A DNA stretch of 64,000 bases from Obrimoposthia wandeli (lineage: Eukaryota), in assembly GCA_977020255.1 (NCBI GenBank), contig CDROCS010000206.1, forward strand, positions 1 through 64,000, written 5' to 3'. The translations under genes were made by a program, and so were the position numbers. Under the pieces are notes generated by a model. The model was not told where the DNA came from. It was given only the letters and a program-made list of their open reading frames with translations, and ran no database searches. Below, piece after piece: positions 25,651 to 36,900 of this stretch. Positions within the stretch are counted from its first letter, which is position 1; every line of letters starts with the position of its first letter.

Positions 25651-26219
25651 GACTGATCTTATTTATTAAAAACAATTTACGTTTGCAAAATATATAACAT
25701 TAATACCAAAAATATTTCGCCCCTTTTTTATATGAAATTAAAATTTTGTTTTTATATCTTCTTAAATTCATTGAGACGTTTACTCTTCCAGGATAACTTG
25801 TGTTTTTGATTGACTCAGAAAACAAGTACTGTATTTATTAACGTTTGATTTAAAATTTATTTATTTTAGAGTATAGTGGGGATTTGTCAACATAATTTCA
25901 TTATAAAAGCTAGAGACTCGTCGTCAACCACTAAATAAGAAAAATACTGCTCTCAGAGTGGTATGTTTAAAGTTCTTGTTTAAAACCATGTTTCGTTTGT
26001 TATTATACTTTTGTTAATCGTGTGTTTTTAGTTGACTATTTACAGAAATACCGTCGTTTTGGTACCATTGATTCAAGGGCATTTTCCCACAGGTCAGTAT
26101 AGTATTTTAATTTTCGAAAGATATTTACCATATTTCAATTCTTCTAGATCCACTTTTTTAGCTATAAATTTCCAGAAAATATCAACACTCTTTTCTGAAT
26201 GTGACACACATCTCAGTGG

Positions 26220-26512
26220 ATGTCGAAAAGAGCCAATCCAGATTTAGCTAAGACCAATGAGAATGTGAGACAGATCACACCAGCAAAAAAGAAGATCTGT
26301 CACAGTATGGAGCAGAGTGGCAATATTACTATGTCGCCAGATGCAGCAATGAGGCTGGGATCCGTGCTGGAATTGTGGTTGGGGCTGAGTATCGCGGTGG
26401 CTGTATTCGGGTTCGGCGCCAATGTTGTCTTTGGTGTTATGACGCGGTTAACGGTGCGCTTGTGGCGCCGTACGACTTACATGTTGCTGATAACGGTTAT
26501 GCTCGCCGACAG
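26220..26512 (+). CDS. Class A (rhodopsin-like) GPCR, exon 1 (N-terminus, TM1, start of TM2)
   Basis: LSIAVAVFGFGANVVF (TM1 G..AN) and RRTTYMLLITVMLAD (TM2 L..D), then donor AG|GTATGG at 26512/26513 (phase 2). Confidence 0.75.
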
Positions 26513-26969
26513 GTATGGGCTACTAATTGTAACGTGAAAAGCTGTTCTGATAGCGCAACTAACTAAGTTCTCGTTACGTTTCTATTACGATTTCTATCTT
26601 TATCTTCAAATACTCTTACCTGTACATGTCCACAGTCTAAATTTAGTACACTAAAAGAAACCGTATTAAAATATCAAAAATGTAAAAACCATATTATATA
26701 TTTGATTTTTAATGTTAAATTAGGGTTTTCTTCCTTAAATATATGAAAAAATATAAATTAAATTTATTTGTTTTAAAACATAGCTATGAAAAAAGTCTGA
26801 GTAAATTATTAATAAACTGAGCATTAATGGGTTAACCACAAATGTATTTGATACGATTCAAATAAACTAAAGCTTTGATATTTTCTTGACTAACTCTACA
26901 TAAATATAATATTAAAATTAAATTTAAACAATGTCAAATAGTCTATTTTGACTTTTAAAAACTGGCTTT

Positions 26970-27572
26970 AGTAGTATATAGTGTCGGTACTAAACCAAAG
27001 AAACCTACCCCCTGGGAAGGCTAGGTTCCTTTGATTTAGTCGTTAAAATGTCTAAAAATTGTTTAAATTGGCTTAAAATGACTCAAAATGACTCAAATAT
27101 TTTCCTACAACTCCAAGTCAGGTCTGGTGTTGTATGCAGAATTTTGAGACTTGACAAATCACGCATACTACGCCAACGGTAATAGGTCCCCTCCATGGGG
27201 GGTACTTTTACTGCAAAACCATATTAGTGTTGTATGCAGGATTTCGAGACTTGACCTACATTTGGTCTGAAAATCACGCATACTACACCAACGATAATAG
27301 GTACCTTTACTGCAAAACTATTTTGGTGTTGAAAGTGTGATTTCAAGACCATTTTCAAATATCGCGCTAAATATCTTGTCGTTTAAAACAAAAGTATATT
27401 AAGTAGATTTTAAGCGGCCAAAGTCTCTCCTGCAGAGCCTCCTAAGAGGGGAGCCCTGCAAGACTTGGCAGCACCTTTGGCAAAGATTATATATATATAT
27501 ATATATATATTACTTTTGTTTATAGTTAACCTTTAAAGAATAATAAAATGAATAATCATTTATTCATATGAT
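26970..27572. repeat. Left TIR of Polinton-2 (~600 bp)
   Basis: Reverse complement of 32689-33222 apart from indels. Confidence 0.95.
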
Positions 27573-27728
27573 AAATAACATAAAACTTTCTTATGTCCCT
27601 CAGTAATTCTCCAAATAGGCTTCTGTCTCCCGAGTCTATCAACTTTGAATCCTTGAATTTGAATAAATAAAATCCAATATTTGCTTTTGGGAAATTCTTC
27701 TTCAGAGTAAGTATATATTCCTTTAAAC
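27560..27728 (-). pseudogene. Polinton-2 gene X, 3' half (split by the hAT insertion)
   Basis: FKGIYTYSEEEFPKSKYWILFIQIQGFKVDRLGRQKPIWRITEGHKKVLCYLSYE* continues in frame from 29097-29295 when the hAT is removed; matches ISIQGYKIKRDGCLKPIWKFTEG in ORF 61428..61955. Confidence 0.85.
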
Positions 27729-29096
27729 CAGGGGTGGGCAAACTACGGCCCGCGGGCCGCATGCGGCCCACCAAGTTATATACGCATGTTATTTTGGGAC
27801 AAAAAGAAATTGTGAAGAAATTGAATAAATGATGATCTTGAGATTTTTTATTTTTGAAAAATCTTTAATGTTATAAACTGTTTTCTTTTAACTTTTATTG
27901 AAATTTAAATTTATGTTAAAATAATTTAAATTGACATTGACATTTCATTTGTTTATATAAACAAAATTTGAATTGATGTTAAAATAATTTAAATTGAAAT
28001 ATACATTTATAAACTTTACCCAAAATGAGTTATTCGAATCTATCTAAGAAGCGAAAAATTGTAGACGAATGCAGTGTTTTTAACAAAGAGTGGAGTGAAA
28101 TGTATTTCTTTACTGACATTGGAGTTAAAGCTGTATGTTTGATTTGTCATGAAACAGTTGCTGTGTTCAAGGAATACAATTTGAAACGGCACTTTCAAAC
28201 GAAGCACGCTAGCTTTGGACAAAATTTATCAAAGCAAGAACTGCAAAAGAAAGCAACTGATCTGGAAAAAAGTTTGAAGCAACAGCAAACATTGTTTAAG
28301 AAAACATTATCTTCACAAAGTAATGCGACAAAGGCAAGTTTTATGTTGGCCAATAAAATTGCAAAGCAAAACAAGTCATTTGCAGAAGCAGAATTTATTA
28401 AAGATTGCATGGTTGATGCTGTCCGTGTTGTGTGTCCTGAAGTTAAGTCAAAAATAGAAGCTATATATCTGTCTCGAAGAACAATTGTTCGTCGCATAGA
28501 TGCAATTGCAGTGAAGATTCAAGAACAGCTGTTAACAGCCAGTGATAGTTTCCAGTGGTTTTATATTGCTTTAGATGAGAGTACTGATATTCAGGATACT
28601 GCTCAGTTACTCATTTACATCAGAGGAATTGGCAAAAACTTTGAGATTACAGAGGAATTGTTATCTATGGAGTCACTCAAAGACACAGTTACTGGAAAAG
28701 ATATGTACACCAGTGTCATTAACAGTCTAATCAGGTCTGGATTAAGCCAGTATAAACTAGCAAGTATTACAACTGATGGTGCTCCTTCACTCACACGTAA
28801 ACATTCTGGCCTTGTAAAGTTGATGAATTATAAAATCAAAGAAGATTTTCCACTGCACAGTGCGTTGTCTTTTCATTGTATTATACATCAAGAAAACCTC
28901 TGTAAGTCTTCTTTAAAACTAAAACATGTTATGGATCCAGTGGTGCATGCAGTGAATTCAATAAGAGCGCGGGGACTGAAACACAGGCAATTCCGAAGTT
29001 TCTTGGAAGACAACGAGGCAGATTTTACTGATGTGCTGTACCACACAAATGTCCGCTGGTTAAGCATGGGAAAGGTACTAAAGAGGGTGTGTTAAA
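27729..29096 (+). mobile_element. hAT (Buster/SPIN-Charlie type) DNA transposon, 5' half only
   Basis: Left end CAGGGGTGGGCAAACTACGGCCCGCGGGCCGCATGCGGCCC, preceded by CTTTAAAC (nnnTAnnn, the Buster-type target). No right TIR; TTTAAAC recurs at the right junction (29098-29104). Confidence 0.9.
28025..29095 (+). CDS. hAT transposase (GTF2IRD2/SPIN-like), C-terminally truncated, 356 aa
   Basis: N-terminal zinc finger CLIC...KRHFQTKH, first catalytic motif ALDESTDIQDTAQL, ITTDGAP, FHCIIHQE and VRWLS; stops at the junction with Polinton DNA. Confidence 0.92.
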   Translation: MSYSNLSKKRKIVDECSVFNKEWSEMYFFTDIGVKAVCLICHETVAVFKEYNLKRHFQTKHASFGQNLSKQELQKKATDLEKSLKQQQTLFKKTLSSQSNATKASFMLANKIAKQNKSFAEAEFIKDCMVDAVRVVCPEVKSKIEAIYLSRRTIVRRIDAIAVKIQEQLLTASDSFQWFYIALDESTDIQDTAQLLIYIRGIGKNFEITEELLSMESLKDTVTGKDMYTSVINSLIRSGLSQYKLASITTDGAPSLTRKHSGLVKLMNYKIKEDFPLHSALSFHCIIHQENLCKSSLKLKHVMDPVVHAVNSIRARGLKHRQFRSFLEDNEADFTDVLYHTNVRWLSMGKVLKRVC

Positions 29097-29295
29097 GTTT
29101 AAACAGATGTTCATCAGCTTTAATAAAAGCACTAAAGTTTTCAATTTTGATATCTAATTTCATTCTTCTGAAAATATAATGGATATTATTAACATCATTT
29201 TGATGGATCCTCGAGATGACATAGTCAAACTTGGACTTTGTTAGCATAACAGGGTATTTTAATCCAAAGGTAACAGGCATCTTGAGAAAATTCAT
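29097..29295 (-). pseudogene. Polinton-2 gene X, 5' half
   Basis: MNFLKMPV...VMLTKSKFDYVIS...IKADEHLFK; homologous to ORFs 61428..61955 and 50262..50648. The frame is open a further ~70 nt upstream. Confidence 0.85.
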
Positions 29296-29382
29296 TGTAT
29301 AACTGAAATAATATTCTTTGAATAGTTCTTCTGTTTCTTCATTAAAAATATCCTGTTTGACAACGATTTCAATAGTACAGAT

Positions 29383-29866
29383 TTGAATGCATTAGTTAAA
29401 TACGTTATATCTAAATGTAATCATATTTTTAGCATGTTTTATATTGAAAAAGATAAAATCATTAAATTCAAGTTAAAATCTAATATTTCAAGTATAATGT
29501 TTAATAACCGTATAGCATTTGTACTGGGTCTTAATAAAACAGAATTTACAGGTGACGGTAAAGGTATTCCTCAATTAATATGTGAGTTTGATCACATGAA
29601 CCTGTATACCAATTTGATAGAGTCTATAAATGTTTGTGGTGTAAAAGTACCATTGTTAAAATCCATTTGGTTCGATAAAAACAAAAAATATGGTGATACC
29701 GCAAATAATAAATCATTAGACTAATGTATCTTCCTGTAATATCAACATATATTTCCAATATTGAAGTAGATATTCGTAATAATAGTGGAACACCGATAAA
29801 CTTTGATCATAACACAAAAACTAGTTTAACACTACATTTCCGAAAAGTTATGTATAAACAAAATTA
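29383..29866 (+). pseudogene. Polinton-2 minor capsid (penton-like) protein, C-terminal fragment
   Basis: LYTNLIESINVCGVKVPLLKSIW then (fs) MYLPV..NIEVDIRNNSG..TSLTLHFRK; aligns with the C-terminus of ORF 53454..54467. The N-terminus is missing. Confidence 0.85.
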
Positions 29867-29886
29867 AACAATGTTAATCGTTAATA

Positions 29887-30270
29887 ATGTCTCTATTTGA
29901 TGTGTATAGTACAACTCAAACAGGTGGTGAACTACCTTACTTTGTGGGAAAACAATATGGTTCAGGTTGGTTGAAAGTTTTGGAGCGAATTGCGTTTCCT
30001 ATTCTATCACGTTTAGGACGAATTGGTGCAAAAACACTTACAAATGTAGTAATGAACGATAAACCAATTTTAAGACAACTAAAATCTAATGCAATGAGTG
30101 AAGTACCAGGTTTGTTGCCTGAAGCAACAAAAGCTGCTACTCAACTAATGACTGCAATAAAGAAAAGTCGAAAACGACCAGCACAAATTCCTGTTGAAAT
30201 GAAAGAAGAAGTACAGAAAGGTAGTGGTAGTATAAACAAACGTAGAAAAATAGGAACCATATTTGAGTAA
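29887..30270 (+). CDS. Polinton-2 PZ-like conserved small protein
   Basis: QTGGELPYFVGKQYGSGWLKVLERIAFP; homologous to 54505 and 35588. Confidence 0.8.
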   Translation: MSLFDVYSTTQTGGELPYFVGKQYGSGWLKVLERIAFPILSRLGRIGAKTLTNVVMNDKPILRQLKSNAMSEVPGLLPEATKAATQLMTAIKKSRKRPAQIPVEMKEEVQKGSGSINKRRKIGTIFE

Positions 30271-30273
30271 GAA

Positions 30274-31513
30274 ATGGCATGTGCAAAATCTGAACTGTGT
30301 TTATTTGATCGTCCACTACCTCAAATTGCTATAGAAAATGAATGTTTTGAGAATATTTACCCGGTTAATAATATTACCGGAAGTAATATTAATACAATCG
30401 AGTTTAATATCCATTTGAGTGAAACAGAATATTTAGATTTGAATGATTCTCTATTATATTTGAAAATAAAGTTTTAAAAAATAATGGAACAAACAGTTAT
30501 ATTGACATGGTGGAAGCAGATAAATTTATACCAACAAATTTCTTTTTCCATAGACTATTTAAAGATGTGCAAATTCACCTGAATAATACTAGTATTGAAG
30601 GAGAAAATGGTAATTATGCTCACAAGGCTTTGATTGAATGTATGCTTAATTATAGCAAAGATACGAAAGTGGTTCATTAGATGGAATTGGTTATGATAGT
30701 AATGAGAATGTACGAAAAGGGTGGATTGAAAAATCTAGTGATTTTGAGTTGTGCAGTTCAATTCGATCGGATTTTCTTGAACAACCCAAATATATGCTCC
30801 CCGGTATGAATGTCAGTATAAAATTGATTATTTCCAATGCAAACATGACACTAAAAACAGGTACAACTCATTTTAGAATAAAATTTTTAGATACTAAAAT
30901 GAAAGTTAGACTTGTACGAGTTGAACCATCAGTTTTGATCGCTCATAATGTTGGTTTGAAAACTCAAAATGCGGTTTATCCATATAGACGTGGAAAAGTG
31001 GTACATTATTCACTACCTAAAGGCTCTACAACATTTTATAAATCACCTATTTTTGATGATGAGCAATTACCGAAATTTGTTTTGATTACATTTCAACATA
31101 ATCTTAAAATTGACGGGTCTAGTGAAACAGACACTTCAGAATTTGATCATTGTAATGTCAGTTCAATTTCCCTTAGTAGAAACACTGATTTTGTTGAAAC
31201 GTACACTGCAAACTTTGAAAAAGATGAATACATGTTTGCGTATATTCAATCACTGGTTAGAAACATGGGATTATTGGATAAGAATATAAACATAGATATA
31301 AAATCTGAAGATTTTAAGGAACGTTACCCAATTTTTAAATTCGTATTGGACCCTGACTTTGATATAAATCAACATCAATTACCGAGACAAGGTAATCTAA
31401 GACTTGACGTAAAGTTTCTCAAAGGATTGGCACAGCCGTCAAACATTATAATTTACGGTGTTTTCGATACTGAAATTCAAGTAACTAAAGGCAAACGTGC
31501 AATTGTTGGATGA
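30274..31513 (+). pseudogene. Polinton-2 major capsid protein (double jelly-roll), frameshifted
   Basis: KSELCLFDRPLPQ N-terminal motif, IRSDFLEQPKYMLPG, QNAVYP, LPKFVLI and GNLRLDVKF; frameshifts near 30475 and 30680. Confidence 0.92.
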
Positions 31514-31584
31514 AGTAAGTGTTTATTGATCTTAATAATAATTGATGTAGTTCTAAACAGGTTAATACTGCGGGAATTGAATTA

Positions 31585-31887
31585 TTGGAACATAAATTCA
31601 AAGGAGTGTTTCCTATGGATAAAATACCAACTCTAAAACCTGGCAGATATGTTGTAAATACTCATACAAGTAATTTAACTGGTGAACACTGGATTGCGCT
31701 ATTCGTGAGACGTGATAGTGTACACGTATTCGATCCTATAGGAATTTATTATCCATCAGCACTCATCAGACATGTGGAAACTCAAGGGAAACGTCATGTA
31801 TTCTATAATAAAACTCGTATGCAAAACCCACTAACTACTAATTGTGGTCCTTTATGTCTTTTATGGTTGTTTCATCAAGTTTCTTAA
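31585..31887 (+). CDS. Polinton-2 adenain-like cysteine protease
   Basis: VNTHTSNLTGEHWIA (His), VFDP (Asp), MQNPLTTNCG (Gln/Cys). Confidence 0.9.
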   Translation: MEHKFKGVFPMDKIPTLKPGRYVVNTHTSNLTGEHWIALFVRRDSVHVFDPIGIYYPSALIRHVETQGKRHVFYNKTRMQNPLTTNCGPLCLLWLFHQVS

Positions 31888-32119
31888 TACATTTTAAGAT
31901 TTTAAACGACTTATTTTATAAAAGTTAGATTTAGATTTTTTTTTTCAATTTTTCTTACATTTTTAGAATCTGATATTTATTTAGAAATATAAAATATTTA
32001 AACTTATAATTTGATAATTTAGAATCGTTAGAATTTTACAAAACGATTCTAAATAATTTAAAAAATTTTTACACTTGCAAATAAATTTGTTATTTCCAAA
32101 GACATGAAAATAATAGCAA

Positions 32120-32229
32120 ACAATACCATCAGCTTTACCTCTAAAGTTGCTTTAAAATGTTTTGACGATAAAAGGAAATGGGTTAGTAAGAATAAAAGCC
32201 TTGTTTACGGTCATTTTAATTTAACTTAA
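32120..32229 (+). pseudogene. Polinton-2 pPolB C-terminal remnant
   Basis: YHQLY (fs) SKVALKCFDDKRKWVSKNKSLVYGH matches NHQLYT..KTALSSSDDKRYWIEKNRSRAYG at the end of Polinton-1 pPolB. Confidence 0.75.
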
Positions 32230-32688
32230 TAATTTTTAAATAAGATATATAGTTTTGTTATTGTTGTTATTGTTATTTTAATATCATCATCATTTGTACA
32301 CACACTCATTCACTTGTATATATTAATACAACTTTTATGTTTAATCGCTTTATTTATTATATAAGATTATTTTGATTAGTTGACCAATTATATTGAAGTT
32401 AGGTTTTTATGTAATCGAAACACTTTAGTTTTAAAATCATTTCATCATTATGACTCTAAGTACTTTAGACATGTTATGTGCTCTTCAGATCAACCTTAAA
32501 AAAACATTTTTAAACTATATACATCTCAATATTTTTCATTATATTGTGCTCCAGAACATTTCGAATTAAGGATAATGGAACTTTACTAATATCATCAACG
32601 TAAGATTTTTATTTTTAAAAATATTTAATGTACATTTAAAAGTTATGGGAGATATTCAATACTACTATCATCATGAGACGCCGAGTTG

Positions 32689-33222
32689 TAATCATATGAA
32701 TAAATGATTAATTGATTTTATTATTATTTAAAGGTTAACTATAAACAAAAGTAATATATATATAATCTTTGCCAAAGGTGCTGTGCGGTCTAGCAGGGCT
32801 CCCCTCTTAGGAGGCTCTGCAAGGGAGACTTTGGCCGCTTAAAATTTACTTAATATACTTTTGTTTTAAACGACAAGATATTTAGCGCGATATTTGAAAA
32901 TGGTCTTGAAATCACGCTTTCAACGTCAAAATAGTTTTGCAGTAAAGGTACCTATTACCGTTGGCGTAGTATGCGTGATTTGTCAAGTCTCAAAATCCTG
33001 CATACAACACCAGACCTGACTTGGAGTTGTAGGAAAATATTTGAGTCATTTTGAGTCATTTTAAGCCAATTTGAACAATTTTTAGACATTTTAACGACAT
33101 TCTGTCTAAAAAATGACTATATATAGACATTTTAAGCCACTATAGTGTTGGGACTAAATCAAAGGAACCTAGCCTCCCCGGGGGTAGATTTCTTTGGTTT
33201 AGTACCGACACTACATACTACT
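32689..33222. repeat. Right TIR of Polinton-2
   Basis: Reverse complement of 26970-27572. Confidence 0.95.
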
Positions 33223-33949
33223 GGCTTTTGGTTCAAAAATATTTTTCATTTTACTATCAATTTACTATTCATTAAAATTGGTGCATGGATATTTTGAACT
33301 AGGAAGTTTCGAACTGTCCTTTTTAAAATCAGGTCGTTTTGGATTTTCCAGATTTTTGGTAGAGATTGGTGTTCTTTCTAATACGTTGAAAGGGTCAATT
33401 TATAAGAAATAGTTAGTTTAAAAAAAAAGTTTTTTAGAAAATGGTATTCGTTCTAATAGATATTTTTGGATCAATTTACAACAAAAATATTTAAGTCAAT
33501 TTATAAAAAAAAAGATTTTAATAAATTTTAGCCACAACTTGATAGTTAGACAGCCAAACATCTAAGTCTGATTGATTAAATGATTGCTGTAAATATTGTT
33601 AATAAATAAATGATTGAAATGTGAGATTTTGTTTGAATATTTTCTTAGAATCGAACTATTTTTTATAAAATGACCCAAGAAAACTATTAAAATGAATACC
33701 ATTTTTACTAAACTATTTTTAAAAACCAAATTTTTTCTTATAAATTGTATATTCTTATAAAGACCTAATAGAAAGAACCCCAATTTCTACAAAAAAACTA
33801 GAATTCGAAACGTCCTACATTCATTAAAATATGAAAAAATCTTTAAATTTATATAAAATTATAATTTATATAGTTATGTAATCAGAAACTAGAAATATCC
33901 TACTTGTAATAATTTGTTTATGAATAAGTATTTAACATGTATAATATAG

Positions 33950-36900
33950 AGCTATTAAAATCATGTTTGCTAATATTATACCTGAAAATATGCAAACTGA
34001 CGAAGGTAAAGAATTTTACAACTCTCACGTAAAGTTTTTATCAAACAATGTAAATCATTATTCCATATTTTCTAGTTGAAAAATTTAATAGAACTCTAAG
34101 AGATCGATTAATAAAGTAATTTTCAAAACAAAGTAATAAACAGTGGGTTGATGTTTTACCGAAAATAATTTATACATACAATCATTCTATGCATTCTAGC
34201 TTAGATGGCAAAATACCTGTTTATATTTCGAGTAAAAATGCAATAGAAATTTGGATGATTATAAATATAAAAGAAACCATCAAAAAACCAAAATATAAAG
34301 TTGGTGATTATGTTCAAATATCTAAAATTAGTATAACACCATCTGTTAAAAATATTAAGCAAAATTGGAGTGATGAGGATTTTCAAATACATGAAATTAA
34401 TAACAAACAAAATTAAAATATTGAAAGTTTTATGTGATGATAATGACAAAGTTTACAAGGTAAATTGTATCATCAGGAAATATAAGTGATTGATTAACCT
34501 ACCTTATAAAGAATTCAAGATATTTTAGAGAGCTAGGGGCACTGAAAGAATAAACCCTATCTAGTAAAAGGGCATGGGTATATTAAACCAGATTGGATTT
34601 TAACAACACAAATAGAATGGAAGATTTTTACATGGTAATACCCAGTTCTCTAAATTCTAGATCTGATAATAATGATAGCAAGTTTATGGTTGATTTGGAA
34701 AATCCAATAGAATTACCTTGAAATTGGGAAATGGATGTAACTGAATTCACTATTAATTATTCTCCAATATCTATTCAAAGTAAAATTAAATTTTAGTATT
34801 TTGAAAAAAGAATTTTAGATACTCCGATTAATGTAACTTTGAAACTTATATATGGAGAGTTTAGTATTGAAGAAATAACTCCCGGCCATGATTTCACTGT
34901 TGGATTGACTGATGAATATAAAATCCGAATAACACAAAATGAAAAGGCTTATAAAAACAATGAATTTAAAATATTTGTATCAAACATAGTATTGCTGATT
35001 TATATGGTATGCCCAATGTTGAAGTCGAGGATGGAATATATCTTGAAAAAACTGCCAACAAATATTTAAATTTAGCTGTTTTAAAGTTTAAAATATTTTT
35101 TAAGGTCAAGAGAGACGTATCATCTGATTATATTTTGGAAAGTGATTATTGATTTCCAATGTTCACTCATTATGCACACATTTCTACTAAATGAGTTATT
35201 TGTATTTGAATTAAAACTTAAAATTACAAATATTATTATAGACAAATCATTAGCAATAATTATTTGGTTTTCAGATAATGTATTTGAAAAAATTGACGAC
35301 TTTAAAGCATCTACTGTACCAAAGTTATCAAATGCGTGTAATGAAATTTATATATATATACTGGTTTAATAGAACTGATACTTGTTGGTGGTATTCGAGT
35401 TCCTTTGTTTAAGTTTATTTGGGCATAAATATAGCGATAATATACATATCCCAATTGATCAACCAATGTATTTGCATGTTTCTTCGTAATTTATAAACAA
35501 TATAGAATTTAATATTAGAGATGATTCTAGAAAACTAGTCAGATTTGTATACGGATCTAAAACAAGTCTAACTATATATTTTAAGCAATGGACTTATATA
35601 TAGTTGAAACATTTAGCAAAAGTCAGCAGGGAGGTGAACTTCTATATTTCACGGATAATAAATATGGTGGTGGCGGTTGGTATTCAATGATTCGTAAAAT
35701 AGCTTTTCCCATGGTTAAAAAACTTTTTATTAAAGATTCAAAAAGTGCTGCGAATGGTGCAAATAAAACATTAGCTAGTGCTGCGGGTTCTGCAATCCAA
35801 TCGCTAAAGCGAAATAAATGCTACCTTGATTGAGATATGATGATGTACGGAGTTTGCAACATCTTAATAAACAAATAAATAAAAATTCAAGACAGTCAAA
35901 CAAACGTAACAGCTTGGTAATGGACTTAAACTTAAACACGGTAAATGAGTATAAACAAACGCTTCAAGAGAACCCTATTTGACTAATTATGGCTTGTGGA
36001 TAAAGTGAGTTGTGTATTTTTGATAGGGCGTTGCTTCAGGGTGTTGTTGAAAACGGTGCGTTTGAAAAGATTTTTCCTGTAAATTCAATTACTGGTAGCA
36101 ATTTAGTTGATTCAGAATTTAATATTCAAGATTGTGATGATAGTTATTTAGATTTGAATGATACGTTGCTATATGTAAAAGTTAAAGCCACTACAGCCAA
36201 AAGTAGTAGTTTGGAAAAAATTGACGTAAGAGCCAATAATTATATGTTTCATACTCTTTTTAAAGATGTATTACTAAGTTTGAATAATGTGAAGATTGAA
36301 GGTGGTCAAAACACATATTGTTAATAGGCAATACTCGATACTCTTTTGAAATTTAGCCCTGATACGAAAAAGATAAACCTACACGGTATTGGTTATAATT
36401 TGACATACTCGTAAAGGATATATGGCAAAGTCTTAAGCTTTTGAAATGTATAGTTCTTTGCGATTAGAATTTTTGACCAACTGAAATATCTTCTACCTGG
36501 AGTTAATATTAATTTACGGATGCTAAGAAATGATGCTGTTCATTCATTAATTACAAATGTTACTAATAATAAACCAATATTGCAAATTTTAGATGCTAGA
36601 TTATATGTTAGACATACAAAGGTTGAAAACTTTGTATTTATTGGTCATCAGATATGTTTACAAACTCAGAATGCAATTCGTAAAACTCGATTTGTTAATT
36701 ATTCAATTCCAATTGGCGCCATTTCATTGTTTAAAGATCAGCTATTTGGAGATTATGCATTACCAAAATCCATTGTTGTATGTTTTCAAACAACATCTGA
36801 ATTATATGGGATTTTTAATACTGATGCATGAACCTTTTACCACTTTAAAGTTTATGATATAATTTTAACAAAAAATAATGATTATTGAGAAGCATACACT

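Larger units (their letters stand above)
26970..33222. mobile_element. Polinton-2: internally deleted Polinton/Maverick with both TIRs and a 6-bp TSD
   Basis: Starts AGTAGTATATAGTGTCGG and ends CCGACACTACATACTACT; GGCTTT duplicated at 26964-26969 and 33223-33228. Contains capsid, PZ-like and protease genes and a pPolB C-terminal remnant. Confidence 0.95.

Noticed and set aside
33329-33817. Possible old MITE with ~50-bp imperfect inverted ends
   Set aside because: Ends are too degenerate and no TSD was found; not supportable as a feature.
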